Of a stretch of DNA of 64,000 nt, positions 1-12,053 are shown piece by piece. Positions within the stretch are counted from its first letter, which is position 1; the number at the start of each line of letters is the position of its first letter. The stretch spans positions 362,248 through 426,247 of the forward strand of contig NW_019217990.1 of assembly GCF_002571385.2 (NCBI RefSeq), in the 5' to 3' direction. The position numbers and the translations under genes were made by a program. This DNA is from Stylophora pistillata. Its lineage: Eukaryota. The notes beneath the pieces are model-generated. The model saw nothing but the letters and a program-made list of their open reading frames with translations. It had not been told where the DNA came from and did not search any database.

Positions 1-947
1 AAAACTTTAACCGCTAAGTCTTCAAACGACTCGTTGCAAGCTTTCTGTTCCGTTGATATAGAGATTTTCCGGTCGGGCTTTCAATCATTTACGAGATCTT
101 CTCTAATAATTTGATCCAAGGATGCTGCCACATTGACACCAGCTTCTTTGATGCTTGCATGCCGCTGCAGCTTGTAGATGCTTCTTACAAAGTCAAAGAG
201 CTCTCTGACGGAATCTTTCACAACTTGGCACTGCTTTTTGAAGAGAAAGTGAAGCCAAGGAAAAAAGTCTAACAAGTTGATGGCTCCATTATTCTCGCTA
301 AAGTCAGCTGCTCTGTTCATAAGGCTCTGCAAAGCAACACTGTACTGCTCTTGAAAATTATCTCCAAACACAAATCTGAAAGCAAAGTTAGTGACCATGG
401 CTTTAAGGTGTGGACTCAAGTCCTGAGCCTCTGAGCTGCCATCTGTCAAAAGGCAGCATTGCATTCGCTCAAACTCTTGATGTGACAAGATATCAAAGCG
501 GTTCACATCAGAGAAAACAGAATGCAATGCGCGAGCAGCCAATTTCTTTTTTTTGTGATGCGAAGTGTCAAAGTCACCAAAGACTATGCTCTCGCTTTGA
601 TGCTTGCTAATTTTGAAACTGTGAAAGGGTGGTCTCCCCGAGAAATGGCCAGCCCTTTTTGACAATGTTTCTTTAACGACATCTTGGCTGTTCAAAACGA
701 TTGCTTTCCTCCAACCAAGGCGTATAGAAAATACATTTCCGTAGACTTTGGCCATCCTCGATAAGGCAAGATGCGGTGAATCGCCAAGTTGAAGCAGGCT
801 CCCGATCAGTGGCAAACCGAACGGCCCAGGAGGAATGTCTCTTCGAGTTTTGTACCATCCCCAGATGAGCAGCATGAAAGCAGCGATGCAGCCGACACTA
901 ACAAAATAAAACATCGGATTTTCTCGAAAGATCGAGATTTCATCCAT
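1..947 (-). CDS. Cytochrome P450, clan 2 / CYP1-like, 5' part; continues off the left edge; in-frame TGA at 81-83
   Basis: ORF 81..947: N-terminal membrane anchor, PPGPFGLPLIGSLLQLG proline hinge, PHLALSRMAKVYGNVFSIRLG, FSGRPPFHSF and LLDFFPWL are typical of clan-2 (CYP1/CYP17-like) P450s. I-helix and heme Cys are not in the window. The frame stays open for 26 codons after the TGA. Confidence 0.9.
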
Positions 948-1028
948 ACCAGTTAGCTCAAGAGAGTCGAGGGTGGCTATTCAGCAGTTTTGCAGCAAGT
1001 CTTGCACCCTTGTTGAATTGCGGGTGGT

Positions 1029-1037
1029 ATTTATATA
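1029..1037 (-). promoter_or_regulatory. TATA box of the P450 gene
   Basis: Minus-strand TTATATAAA about 85 nt upstream of the ATG at 947. Confidence 0.55.
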
Positions 1038-1048
1038 ACTTCTCTACG

Positions 1049-2431
1049 TAACCTTGCCTGTTTGTTTACCTAAAAAATTGCCAATGTCAAGGTCGCGAGT
1101 CACACTTGAGACGCTCTATTTATTTAACAAACAGATGGAGCGTGTCTTTTTCAAGGCCTACATCACGAAATCTACCCCTTCCATCTCTATATATTGCTCA
1201 AGTTGTAGACTTTTACTTTACCTAACATTCTAAATGAAATACCTCTAGAGGAAAAATACTAAATTGCTCATGCTTAAATAACAGTGCGCTATTTTTCATT
1301 CCCCCACCTCCACCTCCCGTCCCGCCCGGCCATTCTATTGTTACAATGAGTAACTATGGATACACATAAGACGGCAACTCTGTTAACAGTTTTGCTGTTC
1401 CTGAGGTTGCAAAACTTGAGCAAACAACATTTATAGTAAGGCAATGAGCAGCAAACCGACACGTCTGTCGGATAATCCGCCGTCATACTTATTAGTGTCA
1501 CAAACGCGTAATCATTTGTTACTTCCGTGACCTTAACAGCGCACATCGGTCAGATCGTTACCTTGGGTCTCTTTTATCTGTCACCGACAGCAATTTTACG
1601 CGTTGACGGTAATCGTCAAAAATACCGCAGCTTTCAACCTTGAAGAACAACCTGTGTTTATTATCCAAGGTTAAAGCCCGGTAAAAATAAACCTTCTCTT
1701 AGATATTATACCATAATCAGGAAGGGGATTACTAGAAGAATCAGATCAAATTTGATCAAGTTACTTTGAGAATTTTTGCGCGAAATCCATACACTTGTTT
1801 TGGTGAAAAAACAATCCTTATACGCTAAATCACGATTAAGTTGTTTTCACTGCTTCTGGAAACAGAGTCGTTAATGATACTGAGCTATAAATATCTATTT
1901 TCATGATTTGATTAGCCTTGACTGCGAAAGAGTAAGGTAACTACGTAAATGAAAAGGTTTGCAATACAAGGGATTTTACAGCCAAGGTCACAGTTGGGAA
2001 CGAATCGCCCATGATGAATACTGTTACAAATCAACTATTAGACAATGAATATAGCTTTGTACCGCCCCTGACAGTCACAATGCAAAGAATAGATATTTGT
2101 TTTCCTATGTGGGTGTCAAGATGAACTCTTTTGTGAGGGATCACCTAACCCTGAGGCAATTTGTATTCAAACTGAATCAAGAACACGCTTTTCTCACGAT
2201 ATAAAAATAAAAGCAGTTTCAAACTCTTGAAAACAGTCATCCACTGTTTTCAGCTGGAAATTTTAAAATTCTTCCATACGACTAAACTCCAGCGGAACGC
2301 GAGATCTTCCTGTCGAGGAATGCGGAAAGATTCAATACCAAGTTGTGATACCCCTACAGCAATATAGCCTTTTCATTTAATTAGCATGACACGCTTAGAA
2401 ATTGAAATTAGTCTGAAAAATCCCAAGGTCA
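1049..2431. promoter_or_regulatory. Cluster of CAAGGY extended nuclear-receptor half-site-like motifs upstream of the P450
   Basis: Nine motifs at 1049(-), 1087(+), 1151(+), 1558(-), 1635(-), 1665(+), 1913(-), 1982(+), 2423(+); the last two are CCAAGGTCA. Confidence 0.5.
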
Positions 2432-3762
2432 TAAACACATCCACGCGGTAAGATATGGTTTCAACAGGCGCCGGAATACGTCATCAGGCAGACTTTCTAA
2501 CTGACTGACTAAGCTCTATTTTGTTGACTCACGTCAAAGTTTCACGGAATCCTCCCCACATTGTGCATTAAATTGGACATAATCATGGATAAATGACCGC
2601 ACTGCGAAAAATATGTTAAATGGTCAAAACTCGTCCTAGTTGAAGGGAAAAAATAAGTTTCAAGATAAAGATATGGACAGTAGAGCTTAATTATGCCTTC
2701 TTCCCTTGTAGTTATTTTCTTTTACTTTTCCGAGAGGGTTGCGTGACAGCATGGAACCTTCTTGACATACTTGACAGTTTCAGTGTTGGTTGCCCGGGGC
2801 TGATTCCACTGACTCTTCATTCTTACTAACCGAGCTTTGTTTCGCGTCTATAAGAACAAACGGTCATTGAAATGAGAGGTGCCTTAAGCGTTATGAGAAA
2901 GTTCGTTCTGAGCTTATGGATGTAGTAGCTTTGGTATTTTGACCTCATTTAAGTCTATACCTCTCTATACATTCCCAGGAGTACGTTAATCAGTTTTCTT
3001 TTTCCTATTTAGACTTTTTAGGCGTGGTTTACAGGCACTCGTGTTTCATTTACAATTTTCGTATTGGGGATGTCTCATAACTTATAGAGGCTTATGTATG
3101 TCTATGACACGAGCATTCAGAAATATCATTTTAAAATTGGCTTAATCTAAAAGCTTGGAACCAAAGGTATATATTAGTAGAGGCAACCAAAAGCATATTG
3201 AGTTAGACCGCAGTGCTAACAAACTGTCCGGTTCAATAACCAATCGTGCTGCGGAAACGACAAATAATCACCGCAATCCATCATTAAAACCTTACACACT
3301 AAACATCGTAGGTGCTTCTAGATCTATCTCGTCAAGGTTGATATCACTGACAGGACGTAAAACGGGACCACTTAACTGTCAGTTATAGTCAAGACACTCG
3401 ATGAAACCACACCCTCGTGGCAAGAGGTTGTGGTTTCATCGAATACGGTAGAACCTCGCTAACTCGAACTGCCAAAGGAAACGAGAAATGGCTCGAGTGA
3501 TCGGGATTGGTGTTGAATTTCAATTATCCTGTTCATGATTTTAATTATTAACAAATCATGTCGTTGTTTACTATTTGGTTTGGGAAGTTTAGCTGATTTT
3601 ACGTCTTCATACATGTTATCAAGTTCATTTCAATCGCTATTAAGATAGGGACGGGTCATCACTTAGAAGTTTATCGACTGACATTGTCACCTAGATTCAA
3701 ATTATCCGGGTAAACTTGAGCGAATAAAAATTAAAATTAGTTCTAGTTAACGTACAGGCGAC

Positions 3763-4069
3763 CCAAGCGTACTGTGAGTGATTTTGGGGTCTAAAGGCCG
3801 TTAATAGGAATACCTTACACAACACGCGGTACAAAGAAGTCGCCAAAATAATAGCGTTAAACGATCGTAAGTGGCAAAACGGCTACGGAATAAAGATAAG
3901 GAGATTTAACACGTTATATTTCTCGCTTTTATTATCCTTTTTATTTTTTATTTATTTATCTTATATAATTTTACCTTTTTTCACGGGAAACGCTTAAAAT
4001 TAAATCTTAAGATGTTAGGTATTCCCTTCAATGACCTTTAGACCTCAAAATCTAACACATGACGCTTGG
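3763..4069. mobile_element. MITE with about 55-bp imperfect TIRs, nested in an older AACTCGAAC-type MITE (second copy at about 5559-5865)
   Basis: CCAAGCGTACTGTGAGTGATTTTGGGGTCTAAAGG... versus ...CCTTTAGACCTCAAAATCTAACACATGACGCTTGG inverted termini; outer element starts TACGGTAGAACCTCGCTAACTCGAAC near 3444. Confidence 0.55.
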
Positions 4070-4690
4070 CGCATTTGGAGTTAGCTGATAGTAAATGACT
4101 GATTTCAAATCGAAGTGTGTATTTTCAGAACTGGCTTTTGAAAGTTATACTTAGCTTGCGAATCCATTGCTGCCATTGCACTTGCTTTCATGGTTGCAGT
4201 GTAATTTTATACTGGTCGAATTAACTAAATACTTCAACTCGAGTGATATATTTTGGTCACCTGTATTTCTCTATTATTCATTTGATGTTGAAATTATTTA
4301 TACGCTCTCGTAATTCTCGTTAAACCCAAGGAATTTTAGAGGTTGTGTCTTGAAACGAGATGGAAAATGGCATATTTTGCTCTGAAATAGGATCAGGATT
4401 TTGAGAACCAGGTAGCGAACCCCTTTTCATGATCCCTCTCCCCCTGGGGAACACTAATACCTTGAACCAACCTGCAGGGTCTCTTTGGTCAGTTGTGCCT
4501 GTCTATCGTTCTCCTCTTGTTCCTGTCATTTCGTGCAAAAAAGAAGAGCAGTTTTCACTTAATCTTCTGTACGCACTACTGTTCTTAAGTCTCCCTATAG
4601 CTGGAAAGTAAAAATGCCCGAAAGAAACGAGGACAGGAGCAGATAATGCCCCACCTTTGACTTGTTTGAAGCTGCCGATTCCTCTAGCTG

Positions 4691-5014
4691 NNNNNNNNNN
4701 NNNNNNNNNNNNNNNNNNNNNNNNNNNNNNNNNNNNNNNNNNNNNNNNNNNNNNNNNNNNNNNNNNNNNNNNNNNNNNNNNNNNNNNNNNNNNNNNNNNN
4801 NNNNNNNNNNNNNNNNNNNNNNNNNNNNNNNNNNNNNNNNNNNNNNNNNNNNNNNNNNNNNNNNNNNNNNNNNNNNNNNNNNNNNNNNNNNNNNNNNNNN
4901 NNNNNNNNNNNNNNNNNNNNNNNNNNNNNNNNNNNNNNNNNNNNNNNNNNNNNNNNNNNNNNNNNNNNNNNNNNNNNNNNNNNNNNNNNNNNNNNNNNNN
5001 NNNNNNNNNNNNNN
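4691..5014. other. Assembly gap (N run)
   Basis: Run of N. Confidence 1.
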
Positions 5015-6267
5015 ACAAACTGTCCGGTTCAATAACCAATCGTGCTGCGGAAACGACAAATAATCACCGCAATCCATCATTAAAACCTTACACACTAAAC
5101 ATCGTAGATGCTTCTAGATCTATCTCGTCACGGTTGATATCACTGACAGGACGTAAAACGGGACCACTTAACTGTCAGTCATAGTCAAGACACTCGATGA
5201 AACCACACCCTCATGGCAAGAGGTTGTGGTTTCATCGAATACAGTAGAACCTCGCTAACTCGAACTCCCAAAGGAAACGAGAAATGGCTCGAGTGATCGG
5301 GATTGGTGTTGAATTTCAATTATCCTGTTCATGATTTTAATTAGAAACAAATCATGTCGTTGTTTACCATTTGGTTTGGGAAGTTTAGCTGAATTTACGT
5401 CTTCATACATGTTATCAAGTTTATTGCAATCGCTATTAAGATAGGGAAGGGTCATCACTTAGAAGTTTATCGACCGACATTGTCACTTAGATTCGAATTA
5501 TCCGGGTAAACTTGAGCCAATAAAAATTAAAATTAGTTCGAGTTAACGTACAGGCGACCCAAGCGTACTGTGTGTGATTTTGGGGTTTAAAGGCCGTTAA
5601 TAGGAATACCTAACACAACACGCGGTACAAAGAAGTCGCCAAAATAATAGCGTTAAACGATCGTAAGTGGCAAAGCGGCTACGGAATAAAGATAAGGAGA
5701 TTTAACACGTTATATTTCTCGCTTTTATTATCCTTTTTATTTTTTATTTATTTATCTTTTATAATTTTTCCTTTTTTCACGGGAAACGCTTAAAATTAAA
5801 TCTTAAGATGTTGGGTATTCCCGTCAATGACCTTTAGACCTCAAAATCTCACACATGACGCTTGGCGCATGGGGAGTTAGCTGATAGTAAATGACTGGTT
5901 TCAAATCGAAGTGTGTATTTTCAGAACTGGCTTTTGAAAGTTATACTTGGCTTGCGAATCCATTGCTGCCATTGCGCTTGCTTTCATGGTTTCAGTGTAA
6001 TTTTATACTGGTCGAATTAACTTAAAACTTTAACTCGAGTGATATATTTTGGTCACCTGTATATCACTATTATTCATTTGATGTTGAAATTATTTATACG
6101 CTCTCATAATTCTCGTTAAACCCAAGGAATTTTAGAGGTTGTGTCTTGAAACGAGATGGAAAATGTCATATTTTGCTCTGAAATAGGATCAGGATTTTGA
6201 GAACCAGGTAGAGAACCCCTTTTCATGATCCCTCTCCCCCTGGGGAACACTAATACCTTGAACCAAC

Positions 6268-8400
6268 CTGCAGGGTCTCTATGGTCAGTTGTGCCAGTCT
6301 ATCGTTCTCCTCTTGTTCCTGTCATTTCGTGCAAAAAAGAAGAGCAGTTTTCACTTAATCTTCTGTACGCACTACTGTTCTTAAGTCTCAATATAGCTGG
6401 CAAGTAAAAATGCCCGAAAGAAAGAAGGACAAGAGCAGATAATGCCCCACCTTTGACTTGTTTAATGCTGCCGATTCCTCTAGCTGTTTCTTACGTTCCT
6501 TTCTTTTAGCCAGCTCAGCTTTTAGGTTTTTTAGTTTCGACTCATACCCCAACGATCGAAGACGTTCTACTGTTATAAAAGTAAGAAGCAATAAGATCAT
6601 GTAAGCTCATGTGAGGAACTTAATTCCATCAAAAGAAGATCAGCTACCTCCGTTATAACGATGTGTCTTAAACCATGGTGCAGTATGAGTCCAAATGGCT
6701 AAAAACCCTGCAAGATGAACCCTAACTTCTAAATTGGTAAAAACGATGTCCCGTTGGGGGGGGGGGGGGAGGAGGGTGTGAAACAGGGCGAGGTCAAGTA
6801 TAGCTCTGGTGAACGAAGAATCTCAGTACCTCGATACTTGGTCTAAGGCCCACTATTTTGCGAACTCCGCCACTCCTCACAGCGCAGAAGTGTTTCAAAG
6901 ATTACAAGCTGAATCTACTTTCCTTGTAATAATAAAGCAAGTTATTGATAAGCATACTACTGTCAATAGTCTATTGCCTTTTTCGTGCAGTTTCCTAGCA
7001 AAAATCTTGTATGCTGGAATTTAACCAGAAGTCATTCTTTACTTATTTCGGCAAGGAAACATATAACTTTGAATTACATGTTTTCAAATGACGAATAAAA
7101 ATATCTTACACTCTTCGCTGAGTTTGACATTTTTGGCTTTTTGTTCTGCTATGCTCTTGTAGATTGGGTGATTTTTCTTGCATTCTGTGAGTTGCTGGGT
7201 ATATCCTGCCATCTTTTTCCTATATCTCTTGTACAATCTACAACCAAGAAAGCTATTACCGTTACCTATCAGGTAAATTATTCACTTATCATTTTTTATG
7301 AAGAACATATAATCTAGGTTTTTATGCTTCTGCTTTAACAACTGAGCTTTTGTAGTGATTATGACAGTTTCAGAAATTGAACCCCAACCTTTCTCTGTGT
7401 TTCGGTTTGCAAGTCATCAGATACCAAATAGATCCATAAATGCCTCAGTTTCTCTTTGTTTTCACAATGTGTTATGATTGGTCGGAAAACTTACGCTACC
7501 CTGCTGACCAATTGAGTTAAAAACTTTACCATATTTTGAAATCACAGGTCACAGGTGATCCTTGCAATCTGATTGGCTCTCATCAGTACGATTTAGTCAG
7601 GAACTACACCATTTTTTGCTCTAAATCGCATCTTTTTCCCAGCCAATAAGAAACCTTCAATAAAACCACTCAATACAAGTACCAATATGAATCAATGGTG
7701 CCTCGATCACTCGCGTTTTCTTTGACTCCTTGTTATAGTTTCCTTTTATCTGTGTGTTTGGCAGTTGGTTTTAGGTTTGATACTACGACAGTCAATCGAG
7801 ATGCACTCTGTTATGAGCTTCATATCAGGAGATTCCATATTTTGAAATGAAGCTGCTTTCTCAAAAAATTCTTCTTCGCACCGGAACGTATTTATGTTGA
7901 GCTATTTTGCCTTATTGCTTACTGTCTATCCCTCTCCAGTTTATCATTTGCGATGGCAAGCTCCTTTATTAGTTTACTTTCAGATGCAACAAGGGCTGTA
8001 ACATCTACAACGAAAAACGAATGTCAGCATGCAAGATAAATAGGAATAAGCACACTATTGTAGAAGGTTCAGTAGGTAAGAAACTTTTTGGACGGGCTCT
8101 AATTATTTTTCGCGGCCACAAAAAAAGTGAAAAAAAGCTATAAATGTTGTTTTGATCGAATAAATTGCAGTTGTTTTGACCAAACGCACAAAGAAACTTG
8201 CTGCGAGGTTTGAATAGCAGGTGCAGTTTTGTTGGTCTTTGAACAAACTTCACCTGCTTATGGAGAGAAATAATTATGTTCCCTTGCTGCTTTTCTATTC
8301 CAAATAACCATGTGATTACCTGCACCAGTTCATTATCACTATCATCACTTTCTAACGGTATTATTGTTGAATATCATCATAATTATAATAGGGATTATTG

Positions 8401-8443
<43 letters not shown>

Positions 8444-9203
8444 TATTCCTACTTTTATTATCGTTATCGCAACCCAGAGTTTCAGCACTTAAAAGTAATG
8501 TTAAAAGTACGAGAAGACCCAAAGTGTTGGCTTGGCACCCCATATAACCCCGTGTGCGAACGTAATAAAAATAATAGGAAAGAAATAAAAAAACTTTTAT
8601 ACCTTTGTCAAGCTCTTCGCACCATGCTTTCTTTTTAGAAACCTCCTCTTCCGTTAAATAGATTTTCCTCGAAACAGCAGCAAGGTCTGACTTCACAGAG
8701 TTGATCTTCAACTGAACTAGAGAAGAGATGGATACTTTCGAGAAAAGTGCTTGGTTGTCAGTAAAGCAATTTCTGATTCAAATCGGTAATCAACGCAGAA
8801 ATTTTACCTTGGTAACAGTTATCCTGATTGTGCCGACCAAACGTGAATAAATGAAGCAAAGAACAAGAAAAAAATTTACTGCAGTGAATGTTCAAAACGG
8901 CAGTAAACTAAGTAGAATTAACATCTTTATCAGTTTAGCGTCGTATCAATTTACTTTCAATCGATCACGAACTTCCTGTCTCTGACTAAGCTCGTTAATC
9001 TGTTGCCTCTGAGCGACAGCTACTTCTCCTGCCAAATCTGGAAGGCTGGCTGCTTCCGTACGACTTGCGTCTCTGGCGTCCTCAGGGAGAAAAGCTTCAA
9101 GTCCGCCTGTTTGTCCGGTCAACTGAGACGCTACCTCTTCCATCGAATGTTGCTTTAAATGGTCAACTATCCGAGTGGGTTTCGGTGGACTGGAAAGTTC
9201 CAT
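6268..9203 (-). CDS. CCDC122: Coiled-coil protein, CCDC122-like; 6 coding exons traced, last exon(s) unresolved
   Basis: Exons 9203-8955, 8711-8603, 8004-7923, 7237-7110, 6569-6451, 6318-6268, all GT-AG with matching phases. Translation includes SLPDLAGEVAVAQRQQINELSQRQEVRDRLK, RKIYLTEEEVSKKKAWCEELDKDVTALVASESKL and YKRYRKKMAGYTQQL, which match my recollection of vertebrate CCDC122 (SLADAVEKVAKQQ..., [24 protein letters not shown]..., YNAYYAKIKAHKNSL). Exon chain is solid; the name is from memory. Confidence 0.7.
8401..8443. repeat. (CAT)n microsatellite in intron 2 of the CCDC122-like gene
   Basis: About 14 CAT units. Confidence 0.95.
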
Positions 9204-9908
9204 GTTTGTCTGATTCAATGGAGGATTTCTTAGAGAAAAAAAATTAACTAAATTTTTGTGTTTTGGTGAGTGTGGAGCTCCCGGTAATTTCCCGCCAAAA
9301 TACGACGCGGTGCGCCATTCACACACACTTCCAGTTTCCAGGCTTTCGCCCGGCCCGAGCCACAATCTTGATACAAAAGTTAAACCGATCTATAACAGAA
9401 AAATATACAGATTCGAATTAACATCACTTTGCAAAAACAATAGATGAGAGGGTCCAAAGATTGCCCAAGAAAACCAAATTTTCAGGTATTAACATCAGGA
9501 AAAAGCAAAATAGATATCAACCAATTTGATATCAAATTGATTCTGTGACAATCCTGTGGCCAATCACTAACGCTTGCGCGAGTTGCTCATCTGCTTCAAG
9601 TGAGTGCTGGGAAGGATTTAATTAAAGCTCAGAGTATTATGTAAGGTGAGGGAACCATTTCCAAGCCACGGCATCATCGGCTCTGCTCACCGCTTACCAT
9701 AAATAAGCTTTTAGTTAACTCTGTTTTCTTCTATTATCTCCAAAGGAAACTTCGAGCCGTGAATCTAGTAGACAAACAAATTCCGTGTTGCCGTGCGTCT
9801 GTACAGTAAAAGATGACAGATGACGTCAAAATATGGAAAGAAAATAACGTGGCTCACGAAAAGCAGCCAAGTGTGTCACTGATGTCTTTGCCACATTAAT
9901 ATGAGCAT

Positions 9909-10126
9909 AACATCTATTTGTCTTTTGAAATAAGAGTTTTGCATAACATCGAAGAGTTTGCAGTAAATGGTTTGAACCCAGGGATATGCGAAAGTGTAGT
10001 GTGATCGTCCGGGTGAGTGTACTCCTGAGAAGAACTGTTGTCGGTGGTGGTGACTGACGTTCCCACAACCTGTGCGGAAGTCATTATCAGAGTCAACATC
10101 TATTTGTCTCTTGAAATAAGAGTTTT
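9909..10126 (-). mobile_element. Penelope-like terminal fragment between 32-bp direct repeats, with a degenerate minimal hammerhead ribozyme
   Basis: AACATCTATTTGTCT(T/C)TTGAAATAAGAGTTTT at 9909-9940 and 10095-10126; minus strand 10096-10050 reads TTGACT-CTGATAA-TGACTTCCGCACAGGTTGTG-GGAA-CGTC-AGTCAC. Confidence 0.6.
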
Positions 10127-12053
10127 TAATAGAGACATTATCTATACGTTTTTTCATCAGTCACCATACCTAAAAACCAATCAAAATGTATATATGATTT
10201 GGCTTACTATGACTACTATGTAACAAACCAATTTGAATGAGGTTATACACCTGACGACCATACCGTCAAGTCTGTATACGAGACTCCCTGGTATAGCTCC
10301 CAGAGCTTAGACAAGTTTCCGTTGCCCCGGGCGACCAGGAGTATTGCTAAGTCTTCTCTAGACAATTGGATGTGATGCAAGTTCATCTTAGACTACCCCC
10401 TCCCCCTCCTGTAATGCGTAAGGTTTTCCATGACAGCTCACTGGTACATAGTGGGAGTAAACACAACAAAATGATCTGCCCAAGTTTCCAACCCGGATAG
10501 TTGTTAAGCAACCCCATCTCCCATATGTACTACAGCTAGTTTACAATCAATAATAGTCGAGTCAGCGGCAATCATTATCGAGTTTTTATTTAGATTTCCT
10601 GACAAAACATGTGCATGCTTTCTTCAAAATTCTTCCATACTTATTCATTAATTTTTCCATAGAATTCCGTTCAGAACAAAAATTCATTCCCTTCTTCTTT
10701 TTGCTCAGGTTAGTACTTGAGTAATAAATATTGATCATAATGTTGGCACTTTTAGCTTTTTAAATTATATTCATTGCAAAATGACCTACTTTTCATTTAT
10801 CTAGTAGGTAAACAAAATACTCAATCAAGATCTTATTTCGCTGACTTCATTTCTGACCAAGGAGTCCACGAAATAAGTTCGTTCCACATCATTGTGTATC
10901 TCTAATTTTTGAATCTATATCTTTTTTACAAATTCGTCTCATCCGCATTATTCGAGATAAAAGTAAAAAGCTGTACATTCAAATTCGCATCTTGTTACAC
11001 TTCCCATAACTTATAAGGTATTTAATGTAAAATCTAGAAGCGCAGTCGACGCCTTCAAAATTGCAATATTCTAAGAAAATTTGTCAATAAGCAATGTTTT
11101 TTCCCCTCCCTATTTCCCTTCCGATAAACGTAACACTCAACTTAACTTGCAGAAACGTTAGAGTTCGGGTATACAAGACATACGAGAGTATAATTTTCGT
11201 CGTGTCAGTCTTCGCCAACCCTACTCAGATTCTTTCCTTTAGGTTTAATTTTACCTTCATAGTGTTTTTCAAAACTAACAAACGATTTTTGTAAGGTTTT
11301 CGTTCCAGAGTGTATTTTGATTGAGCGGCGTGAAAAAAAAAAAAAAAAAACATAGAAAACTCGAAAGCCAATCAGAACATAGGTAAATACCATGCGGGGC
11401 CAATAAAAGTTCAAAACCAAACAAGAACATCGTATGCTGTGCGGGAAAGCACAGGTTTTTAATCTGACTGGTTGAGAGGGAGGCGAGAGTGTTCTTAGCC
11501 AATCATAGTGCGTAGCAAAGCAAGAACCCAAACAATCCCGGGTCACCTTGAAACTCAGTCTAAAATTACTAGTTTGCAAGAGGCTATTCTATTGTACTCT
11601 TCGATTAGTCAAAGTGTCTTGAAATAGCTTCTTTGTGCCGACGTATCCAAAACCTCTAAGTAAAGATTCAGGTGCTTCTAATGAGGAGAGTCGTGAACTG
11701 TAATTCTAATAAGTAACGTAAAAGCGTTCTTTCTTTTCACATTTGCTTCACTTACGTTCTCTCGTTATTGTTAGTAGTACCACTACGGATTGTTTAGTCA
11801 GCGTTTTTATTTAATCGATTTTGCATAAAAATATCACCAACCTGCGCGGCGAGGCGAGCAGAGGTCTTAAAGCTTTATCACTTATTGTTCCAAGGTACTT
11901 AACAACAAAATTATGTTGGTTCCAAATTAAGTTTTCATCTCCACATGAAAATTGTTCCGTGTTTCACGAAGGAAAACCTTCGTCGACTGCTGATGGTATT
12001 CATGACCAAGGTTTCCTTTCAAGGAGTGCCCAGTTGTACTCCACGTTCTCCAC

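Larger units (their letters stand above)
3219..6486. repeat. Direct duplication of about 1.47 kb (3219-4690 and 5015-6486) flanking an N-gap; probably two haplotypes assembled in tandem
   Basis: Colinear at offset 1796 with scattered substitutions; copy 1 ends and copy 2 begins exactly at the gap 4691-5014. Confidence 0.9.

Noticed and set aside
2739-2745. AhR xenobiotic response element TTGCGTG upstream of a CYP1-like gene
   Set aside because: Single 7-mer 1.8 kb away, compatible with chance.
4503-5184. ORFs spanning the first N-gap (and 51302-52184 at the second)
   Set aside because: Open only because N translates as X.
5900-6056. Terminal exon of the CCDC122-like gene (QWQQWIRK resembles the CCDC122 C-terminus)
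   Set aside because: Candidate acceptors give early stops before that motif; no clean in-phase exon could be fixed.
8276-8638. Poly-His ORF and antisense poly-Asp tail
   Set aside because: Translations of the intronic (CAT)n; the real exon ends at the donor at 8602.
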